From assembly GCF_011745625.1 (NCBI RefSeq), contig NW_027191499.1:1-64000 (forward strand): a stretch of DNA of 64,000 nucleotides, written 5' to 3'. The notes beneath the pieces are model-generated. The model worked only from the letters and a program-made list of their open reading frames with translations. It was not told the origin of the DNA and did not search any database. The stretch's first letter is position 1, and every line of letters starts with the position of its first letter. The DNA is from Cladosporium halotolerans. Taxonomy: Eukaryota. This document shows positions 22,790 through 35,624 of this stretch, piece by piece. Position numbers and translations under genes: made by a program.

Positions 22790-24690
22790 CTATCTTAATT
22801 GCTTGATGTCATCCGCGATTTTTTCCGCAAGCATATACACTGTCGCCTGTGGATGACCAGGCGGCAGAAACGGGAATGCAGACGCATCCACAACTCTCAG
22901 ACCATGCACGCCGTATACTCGGGCTTGTGTATCGACGACAGCCATCGGGTCATCTTGTGCACCCATCTTGCACGTTGCCGCCGCGTGGTAGAGGGTGAAT
23001 GCCGCCTGGCGCATGTAGTCGATGATCTGCGCATCGGTCGTCACGTTCGGTCCAGGCAAGTACTCTTCTCCGATGGTGACGTTGATGTTGCTCCAGAGTT
23101 CACGGACTCGCTTGAACCCGGCTACAGCGATATCGACATCTTCGGGCGCGGTAAGCCAATTGGGGTTAATTGTAGGCTGGACCGATGCGTCGGGCGACGA
23201 GATCGTGATGTTGCCCCTGGAGAATGGAGAAACGACGACAACAGAGACCGCAGCATAGTTAAAGCCATCCTCCGGATCCGCTGTGCGGTAGTTGCGATTA
23301 AAACCTGAGGCACCGTTCTGAGTAAGATATTCGACTTGCGGCCAGTCTTCGGGATACGCTTCGAGAGCGTCTAATGTTGCGTTTGTGAGCAGGGCAGGTT
23401 TATTGTCGGATATTCTTTCGAAGCCGATGAGACCCGGAGGCCCTGCAAGCGGACCTGTGCCATTCGCGAGGTACGACATAGCAGCTTCGGCCGCAGCCTC
23501 CGGGTTGTTGAGCGATTCGGAAGATGTGGGTACGCTCACGCGGTTCTGGACACCAAAGAAAGGCTGATCCTGCAGATTCTGGCCTACGCCGGGTAGATCT
23601 GCAACCACTGGAATGCCGTGCTGATTCAGAATCGCACGAGGACCAACGCCAGAAACCATGAGCAGCTGGGGCGACTGGAACGTGCCAGCAGAAAGGATGA
23701 CTTCTTTCGTGGCGCTCAGGGTGAAGTTCTTGTTACTGGACTGCACCAAAACGCCATCAGCCGTCTGGTTACTCGTGAACATTATCTGTCGTGCCAAAGC
23801 CTGGGTGTAGACTTTGATGGAGGTCTTCTCCGTCGCATAGTCGAGGAAGCTAGTCTGAGACGTTGAACGATGCTGAGTGGTCGGATCCACAGTGGCAGGA
23901 TTCCAAAAGAACCCATCAAGCGAGCCGCTTTCAAATCCGGACGGATTCTTACGGACACCGATAGCGTGGAATGCCTTTGCCGACCATGTCGATATCGCGT
24001 CCGCCCAGTAGGGCCACGAGAGCTGCAATGGCTTGTGGTATTCATCCTGGTAGTCTGTGTTCTCCGGTTGGTAACCGACGGAAGCGTTTGCCCTTCGAAT
24101 CTCGGTGTTTGGAAGTGTTAAGTTCACGGACCGCTCAAAATAAGGCTGCAGGTTTTGGAGGGTATAGCTGTTGTCGCCGACCTCCTCGGCCCATCGTTGA
24201 TAACTCCCATTCGTGCCTCGGTGATAAGCCATGTAATTTCTCGCAGAGGACCCTCCAAGTGTTTTGCCCCGAGCATAACTCGTCGTTCGCCCATCAAGGC
24301 CAGCTTGTGGTACCGTTTGGAAACCCCAATCGATTAAAGGCTGAGTGTCGCTGGGATCGGCGCCTACGAATTGGGTTGTGCACAAGCCTGGGATGACGCT
24401 GCGGAGAGATCAGCGAACCAATTCATCCGGAAAGAAAACAATCCTGCTCATGTCGCATACCTTCCATTTCCGTTCTCGATCTGGTAGAAGCCGCCGGCTT
24501 CAACAACCGCAACGGACACGTCCTGATCCTCGGCAAGCCGTGCGGCAATAGTTAAGCCTGCTGTTCCACCACCAATGATGACATAGTCATAGGTGGCATT
24601 GACTCCAGGTACGCCGAATGAATTGCCGTAAAGTCCAGATCCCAAAGCCAAAGCTGGAGACGCCAGAAGCAGAGATCGTTTGAAGTGCAT
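22790..24690 (-). CDS. Secreted GMC oxidoreductase (AA3), 1 intron
   Basis: Signal peptide, [43 protein letters not shown] and GLRVVDAS...PPGHPQ; intron at about 24405-24460. Confidence 0.92.
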
Positions 24691-25807
24691 CCTGCAATGC
24701 CGCATGCAGGACTAATGCGCATGCAAAAGTTTCTCCATGCGGCTCTTTATTGCTGTTGCCGTTTTGGCCTGCAGACGCGTTTGGCTCGGCATTTCAAGAT
24801 AATCGCACCGCTCCTTCACCGTGTAATGGGCAAACGGGTCGATCATTTGTGGGGCCGTCAAACGAGATCAGCACTTGGGGCGATTCGGATCAACGCGAGC
24901 CGTGTCCGTGACGTTGTGGAATTTCCTGATGAAGAAAGATGCGAACCTTTTTGTACGACATCACCGCATCAAACGAAGCATTCCATTCTGATCATCGATT
25001 TATCGAGATGCAACTGCCGGCCTCATCAAAAATACAATTCCAATTTGTTGAGTGCTGAGCTTTGCGTCTACATCGGCACTTGGTCTTTTCAAATCCTTTG
25101 CAGCAAGCATCGTCATCCACCTCTTGGAAAGACCGGCTTCCCATTATATTCTCACGGATGGACGCGAACACATCAATAAGCGCAAGATGTGACGGAAGAA
25201 TAAGCACAGGCAGGATTCCCATATGGTCACACAATCTAGTACTAGTCACTTGGTTTAGTGCTAAAGTCTGGCAGAGCGAAATGGGTACACGGCTGTCTCC
25301 AGTTCGTGCCTCGGAAGCGTGTCTCGCCACACCCTCCACAGCATGCGCACAGAATGCGACACCCACAGCACGAGATCCTGAATCCCGAGTCACGGCACCT
25401 AATTACGGGTTCCAGGAAGAAACCGACCATTCACGAATCCTCTTTCTGTTAGATTTCACCTGGTTCACGATCGTAGAGCTCAAAACCTGGGCTCTCGAGC
25501 GCGCTTGTTTTCGCAGTCCGGTTAATGGTTTTCAGGAGTTGACCATCCGTTGCCCGGCGCAGACCACTTGTCGAAGTGAACTCTCATCCTGAATCGAGGA
25601 CTTTGAGAGCAACCCCATTGCGTGGTTCGCCATAAGCTTGCCACAATGGAAGCTTGGCAAGCGAAGCCTAGAGTCTACGTTTCTTGTAAACTGCTATCTC
25701 TGTGACATATCCACCTTACGTACATGTTACCTAGTCATTCCATATGTTGCGACAAATATCTGCGTTGTGGTAGAAGAATCCTTGAGAGTAGTCAAACAGC
25801 CACCCAA

Positions 25808-27666
25808 CTAGACCTCAGCCACATGCGCCACCTCAAGCTTCTCAGAACCACTGATATCAGCATTTTCGTGTTCTTTCCCAGTTACTTGCTGGTTGAATAT
25901 CGCCATACGCTTCGAAAACTCCTTCTCCTCGTTCCAGACGAACATGCTCTTGCTCGCAAAGAGGTAATCAATCTGCTCGAGCGTTCGTCCACTTGTTTCG
26001 GGAAGGAAGCAATACACCAGAGGCACGTAGGCGAACATGGCACTATGTATGTCAGCTATCAATTATCATTCTCTAGCCAGGAATATCTCCGTCGCGACAG
26101 GGTTGGATATGTTCTGGGAAGATCCGCGTTTACTTACGCTCCAAATACATAGAAAGTCTGGGATCACACCATCAGCCGTTGCTATCTCCAGATGAAGGGC
26201 ACGGTTAACTCACCTTTTCATCGATTCCCGCAAACATGACCGGCACAAGCAGAGAGCCACCTCCATAGCCGACCGCCCAGCCAGCAACACCAAATGCGTT
26301 GCCCTTCGCCCGCAGAAATGTTGGGAAAATCTCGGTAGGATAGATGAAGGGAATCATGAGCCACGATGAGCTGAAGATCAAGAGGTAGAAAAAGACCATT
26401 GCCGAAGCTGCGGTGCCGTACTCAAAAGCCTTATCGGGGTTGTCAACGGCTCCACGAAATAATCCACCGATGATGAATAGTACAATGCTGGAAGAAATCG
26501 CACCCCAGTATAGAGTTCGACGGCGGCCGACTTTGTCGATGGTGAAGGCTGCGATCGCGGTGCCCAGAATGCCGACGAGCATGAGGAGAGCGGAGAGCCA
26601 ATTCGACTTGAGATCGTCGTATCCAGCAGTTCGATAGATGGTGCCAGAGCTGCACAACAGTTAGTATCTGTCTATTGACTGTGATTTGGGCCGTACATAC
26701 TAAATGACGACGGCTGCAATACCTGTGCCGTACTGCATCAAGACTTGCAACCAAAATGCGAGCTGAATCCGCCTTCCGAGGTGAATATCGCCTGAACCGA
26801 TGCCGAAAAACATCTTGAAGTAGTTTGTATCGCCAACACCTTGCTCTTCTTGAACAACGGTGATGATCTCCGAGTACTCTCGTTGTGCGTCAGGATGGTT
26901 CGGGTCGTCATTTCCGCGGAGCTTCGCAATGATCTCAAACGCCTCGTCGCATTTGCCATCCTTAACGAGCCAGCGCGGCGACTCCGGGATCAGCAAGCTC
27001 ATTATCGCGAGGGCAATGATCGGCAGGGCCTGGATGGCGAAGTCGAAGCGCCATCGGAATTGACCACCGCCGGCTTCCGTGAAGGACGTCCCGAAGCCGA
27101 CCCAGGCGGCGACAGAGATGCCGGAGAAGTTGGCGAGGAAGGTCAGGGCGATTGTCTTGCCGCGATGGGCCGCTGGAGAGAGTTCGGCTGTCCACATGGG
27201 GGCGATGACGATGATAAAGGCGACGCCGATGCCGGCAATGAAGCGGGCAACGAGCATATGGGCCAGGTTTATGGCGGAGGATTGTAGGATAACACCAATT
27301 ATGCACCAAAAGCACGCCATCCAGATGCCCTTGATTCTCCCGTGGTTGTCAGAGAAGCTTCCCGCCCAGAAGGCTCCGAACAGAGCTCCACTGCAGTGCG
27401 TTAGCCATCTCTGTATCCAGCTGAGGCATTTCAGGGCAAACGTACACGTAGTAGATCGCGGCTATTCCACCCTGGAGAGAGGGTTTGGTGACGTTGTTGT
27501 CCTCGTCCGTGTAGCCCATGCGGCGACCGTACTCTGGGGCTACAGTCACGACACCCATGATGCCCTGACTGATGCCTTCAAAAGAGATGGCAACGGCAGC
27601 GGCGGCCGTAATGAGCTTCAGCAGCCGGTCGCCACGGACAAATTTCCAGTAATTTCGATGAAACAT
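25808..27666 (-). CDS. MFS sugar porter family transporter, multi-exon
   Basis: Motifs PMWTAELSP..RG, PESPRWL, IDKVGRR, YPTEIFPT.LRAKG and PETSGRTLEQID. Confidence 0.93.
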
Positions 27667-28223
27667 GATGAAGAAAAAGTAGCTGAGCAGTTCAATTCAG
27701 TCCTCAGGTGTATTGAGAGAGACCAAAGCGGAGGGCTGGCAGACCGGGCGCATGGCAGGACCGTCAACGACCATTTTATGTAAACGTGCGTCTTTTCAAC
27801 CGGAATCCGGGGTTGGTGAGCCTGGAGTTATAACTCATACTCCCCATGGGGCTGTTCGGCGACTTCTGCTAGCCTGAACGATCATTGCCAGATGATCGGA
27901 GTCTCATAGCCCGAGGCCGTCGAGACGAGATACCAGTTTGGGATTAGTTTTCCGGGGATACGGAAGCGTCTCCGCAGGTATGGGAAGAATTGCTCCACAG
28001 CTGTCGTACTGTAGTTCGCCGGGCATTACCTCCACCTCTCGATGATGCTTGATCAGACCCAAGATTTGATTTATCATCAGATGATCTTCGGCGAGAAGAG
28101 TATCGCTAGCTTCCGCCCGCGAAACAGTTTCGCCAAGCAAGTTTCACTCGTCTCGACAACGCTTTTGTCCGTAAGTGACGGTCGTCTTCAAGTTCGAGAC
28201 GAAACACGAGTCAGGGGACCATT

Positions 28224-30301
28224 ATGGGCAGGTTACGATCTCGGCTAGGATGGTATTCTCTCCCGAATTGCCACGTGGAAGTGGGCTCTTGCTGAATTTT
28301 CCCCTGCAAGCTTGACTTGTCGAAGACGACACGTGAAGTGTAAATGATGCGAAGCTGGCTGTCTAGATCGAAGCTAACACGGCCCAGGCGACGAGACGAG
28401 ACCGGTCTGCGGACAGGTGAGGAAAGCCCCAGATCTCTCAACTTTTCACCTAGTTTATCGGCAGCTTCATAATACCGTGATGCTCAACTGGCTAAAGTCA
28501 AGTTGGCTCTCAGCTGACGATGTCTGCGGAAAATAGTGTGCTAAGTCCGATCGGCTGTGCGACATCGATCCGCGGTCTCAGCAGCTTCGAGTAAAGAGGT
28601 ATCTAGGGCCTCAGGCGAAGACAAACGAGGCGGCATCTGATGTGGAGATATCGCAACTGCAGAATCCAGGCGCGTCAGAGGAGCAACTGAGTACCCAGAG
28701 CCACGACGAGACCTCCAGCCCCGGTGGAAGCTATGAGATACCACCTCATTCCCGACCGCATTCGGGCCATCAAGATACGGAGCTGACACCAGATGTTGCC
28801 TCGTTATCCAGTAGAAGGTGCGTTCCGGGGTCGATCGCCATGTCCCCGAACACAGTGGCGGGCTACCAGCAATTGCACGAAACGTCCCCGGAGCAGTATT
28901 GTGAGACCTACTCGATAAAGCCGACATATGGTCTGGAGCTGTCACGGAGTGATGCTGTATATCTCCACCACTTTGCGCAGCACCTGGCCGTCTGGCTAGA
29001 CTGCACGGATGCTTCTCGCCACTTCACCCTCAGCATGACAACCTTATCTAAAGCCTCGCCCATCCTACTCAATGCTGTCGTTTCATTCGCTGCCAGACAC
29101 ATGAAATGCGGCATGACGGCAGATAGTGCCCAGCAAAGATGTGTAGAGCTTCTGATACCTCATCTAAGTTGCGATGAGGTTGGTAACGATGAAGCAATCC
29201 TCTGCGCCATTGTGATCCTCCGGGTATGCGAGCAACTGAGCGGTAAGAAAGGCGATTATTGGCGCTAAGGCTACCTCATCTTTCTGACATACTCTGTAGC
29301 CATTTCAACGGGGGGTGATCAAGAACGCCACCTGTCTGGCTTAGGTGCCTTGATGAAAGCGTCGCAGGCCTCTTTCGAGCTCGACCCCTCGAGTCCCACG
29401 CTATCCCAAGCAGCGTTCTGGGTTTTTGTGCGGCAGGCTCTTTACAATGCATGTGTTCACCAGCAGCCGCCCAGTCTTGACTTCAATCTCATCGTCCTGC
29501 CGCCTCCTTCTACCAACGCTTCTTTCACCACCGTCAAGACGGAAACGGCCTGGGCGAACACCATGACGTGGATCTGCGCTCGGGTGATCCGGTTCTGCTT
29601 TGGAGACACAGCCTCACTTCCGGGGACCGAGGCAAGAGAGCAGAGATGGCTTGAGATGTCCAGAGCGGTCGAGAACTGGCAGAACTCCAAACCAGGCACG
29701 TTTGAGAGTATTTGGTATAGCGAGCCAGAGCACAGCGGGGACAATCCATTCCCTGAAATCTTGTTTACATCGGATTGGCATGGTGAGATAAAACACTTCA
29801 AAATCGGTCGGGTTCTCCACTAACTGAGGGAGTGCAGTCATGGCCTTCGGGTTCTACCATCTGGCATGCATGTTGCTCGAGATTTATCAGGCCGCACCGA
29901 GATTTGCGACTAGACGTGTCTTGGTAGGCACACAGGACGCCGATGTACGAGTTTCCGCATGAATGAGGACGTTGAAGTTCAATCTTTGTTGATGCACTGT
30001 TCACAGGCAAAAGTCATGGTGCACGCGCGAGCGTTATGTGGTGCGAGCAAAAGCTCGCCAACTACAGTTCCCTCGCTCATCACGCTTTGTCACTCCACCT
30101 TTATATGTAAGTCCTACTCTCGATGGGTTCGAGGAAACAAGACCAAGGATCATCGCTAATCATTTCATAGGGGGTCCCTTGATGACCGATGAGCGAGAAC
30201 AGACCTGCGTAATAAAAATGCTCGAGGAGTTTGAATTAGCCCATAGTTGGCCTACGGCATGGATAGTCGCTGCGCTCCGGAAAGAGTGGTACAAGACTTG
30301 A
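28224..30301 (+). CDS. Zn(II)2Cys6 transcription factor (ArcA-like fungal-specific TF domain)
   Basis: Exons 28224-28252, 28311-28339, 28388-28416 and 28537 onward splice to [37 protein letters not shown], in frame with ORF 28642; downstream LHHFAQHLAVWLDCTD and AAFWVFVRQ. Confidence 0.88.
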
Positions 30302-30318
30302 TCAAATTCTCAGCTACA

Positions 30319-30741
30319 CTAATCGCCATCGCTGAATGATATCACTGCGTAGTGTCCGTTTCGCACCCAAGCCTTCCTTTGCGCCTCCTCATCCAACTCC
30401 TTCACCCTCGCTTCCGTCTTCACACCAACACACGTGTCGGATTTATTTGTTCGAAGTGCCAGATAGTCTAATACATGAAATAGCGCTAGCGCTTTAGTAG
30501 GAGATGGGAAGCTCGGGATTTACTTAAAGGCCGCATCATTAATTATCGCTTCTTTAAGCGCAATCAGTTGCTGGACGAATTCTTGCCCTTCATCTCGCCT
30601 TGGGGGCGAATTCCTCGATATAGCGATCTCGACTCCGACATCATCGATCATCCCGGACACAATCTTTGGCCATCGGCTGTCGGCCGTTTGCTGCGCCATG
30701 GTCCTTTCGTCGGATGTCCTTACCGGGCGTGCTTCTGCCAT
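30319..30741 (-). pseudogene. DUF89/ARMT1-like damage-control phosphatase remnant with internal deletion
   Basis: N-terminal RTSDERTMAQQTADSRWPKIVSGMIDDV lies about 60 nt from an out-of-frame C-terminal LALRTNKSDTCVG...WVRNGHYAVISFSDG*; the catalytic middle is absent. Confidence 0.75.
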
Positions 30742-31370
30742 TGTTTCACACACTTTTGACGTTCACAAGAAAGGGTTCCAAAGACAAGGCGAATTCATCT
30801 TCAAGGCTGTGTCTGAGCTGTGCTGCTGGTCCTTGCTGTATACATTTGACTCGGGACTCTACGTGACACCATCAATTTCCATTGCACAAAGCATCAAGGG
30901 ATAGCTTAAGACTGGGGAAGCAACAGACGATGCGGGGGCGAAAATCACTCAGCGAGTTCGGCTACTGGCCCACCGCGGGTGGTGTTGACAGATGACCGCA
31001 TCGGGAAAATCGTCACGACGCCACGCACTAGACCAGCCCACTGGCAATGGAGCCGAGAACTTAGCGCCATCTGGTTGCGGGTGCTTCGTGACGACAAAAT
31101 TGGATCAATAATGGCTCCTAGATCGCTTCTGACTCTAAGGGAGAGCTGTTTCCGGCGATGTTCGAACCGCACATACAGGGAGAGCTTCTTATGCGTTCTC
31201 TTCAAATTATGGTAAGAAAGACGACCATGACCACTAGAGAACTATAAGAGACGTAATCTTCTTCAACTTACTCGCTTGCTCGTAATGTCTGCACATCGAG
31301 CGCGTACGGCATCCTGTTGAGGCTTGTCTTTCCATTTTAAGGCTCTCACCTCACATTTGCACTCACTACC

Positions 31371-32929
31371 ATGACATTCGAATTGAGTCTATCCAACGGC
31401 ACTCACAGCCCGCCTGATGGGCACCGACTATTCAACGGACAAGGGCAAAAAAACGGCATGATAGCTAATGGCATTGCTGACTTGAGGCAACCAGCCTCAA
31501 AGCCTTTGGACTGCATAATCTTAGGCATGAACAGCGGCACAGCTATGGATGGCATAGATTGTGCCCTAGTGCGGTATCGACAAGAGTCTCCTGAAAAGCC
31601 ATTGCACATGGAGCTTCTGAAAGTAAGATTTCGCCTTCTGGTCTATGGCTCAACAGGCAAGTGCTGATATTGAACAGTATGACGAGATGCCCGTTCCTCA
31701 GTGGATCAAGAAACCGGTTCTCACGATGCTCCGTGAGACACAAACCACACCATCACTGATGTCACAGCTGAACGTCAAGCTCGGCATCATGTTCGGCGAA
31801 GCAGTCATGCAGTTTTGCGCAAAGCATGATGTTGCACCGAGGGACATTGACCTGATTGGGTCACATGGACAGACCATTTGGCTGCTGTCTATGCCTGAAG
31901 TGGGTGAAACTCGATCCGCCTTTTGCTTGGGGGAAGGGACTGTCATCAGCGCTATCACGGGTATCACAACGGTGACGGACTTCAGGATGGCGGAACAGGC
32001 GGTTGGCAGGCAAGGAGCGCCGTTGGTGGCACTGATTGACGGACTACTCCTCCGCCACCCTACCAAGTGGAGGATCTGCCAGAACATTGGCGGCATTGCA
32101 AACTTATGCGTCATTCCTCCGGACAGCGAAGGTGGTTTAGATGCCATGGTCGATTGGTACGTTAAAGTCTATGCCTGGCATTATGTATAGAGACTGACCG
32201 AGATCATGCAGGGATTGCGGCCCCGGCAACATGTTCATCGACAACGCGATGCGATATTTCACCGACGGCACTATGGAATACGACAAGGACGGTGAATGGA
32301 GTGCCCGCGGCACCGTCCACCAAGCCATCGTCGATAAGTTCCTCGACACCCACAAGTACTGCAACCACAAGCCTCCCAAGACGACCGGCCGCGAGACTTT
32401 TGGCGACAATGAGGGGCAAGCCATCATTGACGACTGCCTCGCTGCCGGCTGCAACAAATACGACACGCTGGCTACAATCACGCGCATTACGGCCCAGAAT
32501 ATGGTCAAGCAGTATCGCCAGTTCCTCCCGTCTTTCAACATCGACGTCGACAAAATCAGCGAGATTTACATGTGCGGGGGCGGGGCACGTAACCCCAGCA
32601 TTATCAGATATCTCAAGGAGCAGCTGCCTCTAGCCAAAATCCGAGCTCTCGATGAGACGGGTGTGCCGTCGGACGCAAAGGAAGCGGTGTCTTTTGCGCA
32701 GCAGGGCCTGGAAGCTGTGCTGGGAAGGGCCGCGCTAGTGCCGATCAACAGTGATAGCCTGATGCCGAATACGATTTCGGGCAAGATTGCGCCGGGCTTG
32801 AGGTGGAGGGAGGTAATGAGGGATGCAATGGCCTTTGGGGAGGGTAGGACGAGTCTGCCGACTGTGAAGGAGATGGTTGTGGATAAGCCGTACAACGGGT
32901 GGAAAGTCATGCAAGACGGGTTTGAGTAA
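31371..32929 (+). CDS. Levoglucosan kinase / anhydro-N-acetylmuramic acid kinase (AnmK) family 1,6-anhydrosugar kinase, 2 introns
   Basis: [61 protein letters not shown] and KEA; introns 31623-31677 and 32157-32211. Confidence 0.93.
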
Positions 32930-34591
32930 GATAATGTGACAGCAGATCTTGATATACGAGCATTGCGGCACGAGATCATGACGCTTATCCAGGCTCCCCT
33001 TTAGCTGGCTTGTTCTTGACTGTATTCGCCAACCACATCCCAACAGATTGGCCCTTCTTAAGACCGCTGCCTAGAATCTTGTCAATCTGGCTGTCAAAAG
33101 CAGAGAGCGTAACCAACCGCAGTCTACTCTCCCGCCGATCAGCTCACAAGCTCACTCCACGACCCTAACTTTTCCCGTATCGACGTCGTATTCCAGCCCA
33201 ACCAACTGCGTCCCTTTCCTGACGAATGGTGACTTGCTCAAGATCGCAACGTCCTCTTTGACGCTATCTCCGATGCTTTGATCGAAGCTTGTCAGTGGCT
33301 AGCGCCCTTCTCAATCGGAATGTGAGACTTACGACCCATTGATCTCACCGAATTCCATGCCTTCGAACTCCGATTTCTCGGACGCGGAGATTTCCCGCAG
33401 CGTCTTGCGCACCGCTTTATCAGGGTAGTGGATCATGCCACAGTCTAGTCTTGGCGTATTAGCAGGCGACTCCTGTGAAAAGATCATTTCAAGGCGTTGC
33501 TATATGCGGAAGACCCTTACCAGTATGGTGCATAACAGCAATGTAACCCGGAGCCGCGATAGCCTGCATGACCCCGATAGTCCTGACCGCGTCGGAAACT
33601 CTGCCTCCAGCGTTTCTAATGACGATTGGATCTGTTCACAGCGTTGAGTGGTCGTCGATCGTTGAATCGTCCTAACACTGACCGGATTAGAACTTACTGA
33701 TCTTCCCCGGGCTCACCTCGTCGTCAAATCCCAGAATCTTTTCGCAAGGCACCCGGGGGTCTGAGCAGGAAATCACAATCACCCCTTTGCCAGAAGCCCG
33801 GTTGATTGGGGCGAAATCTTGCATACGCGGCGAAGGCTTATGATTCTTCACGAAGTTGCTTTTCGAAGCAGGCTGTCAGGATGGATTGTAAGCGAACAGG
33901 ATGATCTTGTCTAGTACTGACCTGTTGCGAGACAACATCTCGGTGACGGGATTTGAGGCCATTGTGTGCTGGATGCGAGGCTTTTACTGGAAGTTTGAGA
34001 TCTACCTGTCTGTATTGTGTTTTGAGTAAAAGCCAGTGGCTGTCATATTGGGAAAGCTTGCAAATTTATGCTCTAGCTACCTTGTTGAAGATGCCAAAGC
34101 AGCAAAGTCGAGACCGCTGAGGCCATGCAGGAAGCTTTGTAATGTCAGACTTTTCCCAGTGAGTTGCATAGTGTACTTGATGCAAGGGTTCTCTACTGTA
34201 TCCATGCAGCGAACAGATGTTGTGTACACAGATCCGTCCGTGAATGCCATCGACCGATCGCAGGAAAGCCGCGTGGGCCGCTAAAGGAACACGTGTTCGC
34301 TACTATACAATCTGTGTTGACCTTCTGCCAGGATGTGGACTGGGCAATTCGGTTGTTTACTGATATTGAAGTTTGAAATGGTGTTTTTGCTCAGAACTCG
34401 CCTCGTAAGCTGTGCATGCCCGATTACTGAACAGCGTGGGGTGACATGTGATGCTCAATCGGCCCCGCGCGCATGATTGCAAATGTAAGTAGGACGACCG
34501 TCGGATAGCCTCGACGGTGGATTTTGTTGCTTACAATGCAAGCTAGTGCTATCTGAAACGCGTCGATTGGGTATCAATGGATTTGTCAATA

Positions 34592-35624
34592 TCAAGCACT
34601 AGGCGCAAGCGCAATATCATACTCCAAATCCAACTTAGCCTCAGGATCGTCCTTACGCGGCAGGAATGTCACACACAACTCGTCTTTGACAGCGAATACG
34701 CTGTCGTCAGCCAGATACTTGCAACCTTTGTCAAATATTTGAGTCGTCAGGTGCTTGTAGCCTTTGTAGCCAACCACCAAGTGGATGTGAGCCGGACGGA
34801 ATGGATGGCGATCCATTAGCTTCAGCAATTGTCCGGCCGGTCCGTCGTCGGGTACCTTTGAGACATGAATCTTCCGACGAAAAACGTGAGGGTTCAAGGA
34901 TGTACTTACAGGATATGGTGTAGGTCGTAGACAGTACAAAGAGTATCTGCCTTCATCGTCTGTTACGTATTTGCCGCGGAGGTTCAGGTCGCGCTGGTTG
35001 GGGTCCTGCTGTTCGTATAGACCTACGGTGGATTTAGCGGATGCTACACCTGAGACACATTGAGACACTACCATTTGTGGATGCTTGCCAAATGTCAATC
35101 GTAGCGCCGACTATAGGTTTGCCGGTCTTTACATCTGTGACTTTGCCATGCATGAAGGCCACTTCCGCATCTTTGGGGGTGTCGAAGCTGATCGTCGTGC
35201 CGTTTTGTCGCACGGGATGATCATTCCGCCAGAACGGACCAAGGATTGCTGAGGATGTCAAGCCGCTTGAGCTCCTCGTGGCAGCGGAAAACGTGATGTC
35301 GTCTACTAGTGTGTGGAACGGTCAGCTACGTTGTCCATTGCTGCAATGATCGTGGGTAACGTATGATTCAATGCCGATAACGTCGCACATCAGCTGCCCC
35401 TCATTACGCTTGTCGTCGCTCATTTGACCAGCCCAGTTGATGGCGTTCACTCCCATCATCCACTCATCCGTCGTGAGCTGGGTCTCGAGGGCAAACTCAT
35501 GCAAGTGTCTGATCAACGAAGACATGATCTCCCGAAATCGCGCGGGAGTCTTGGGACCCATAGCATCCACGACACTTTGAGTGAACTCTTTGCCCAGAAG
35601 CCCTGTGTCTCCTTGTGAACCCAT
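34592..35624 (-). CDS. Intradiol ring-cleavage dioxygenase, catechol 1,2-dioxygenase type, 3 introns (first appears AT-AC)
   Basis: RHLHEF, MSDDKRNEGQL.CDVIG.ESLVD, ILGPFW, DIWQASTNGLYEQQD, PTPYPVP and RHPFRPAHIH (Tyr/His iron ligands). Confidence 0.93.

Noticed and set aside
22790..24690. GMC oxidoreductase as evidence of a secondary-metabolite (patulin/aflatoxin-type) cluster
   Set aside because: No PKS, NRPS or terpene synthase in the window; neighbouring genes are catabolic.
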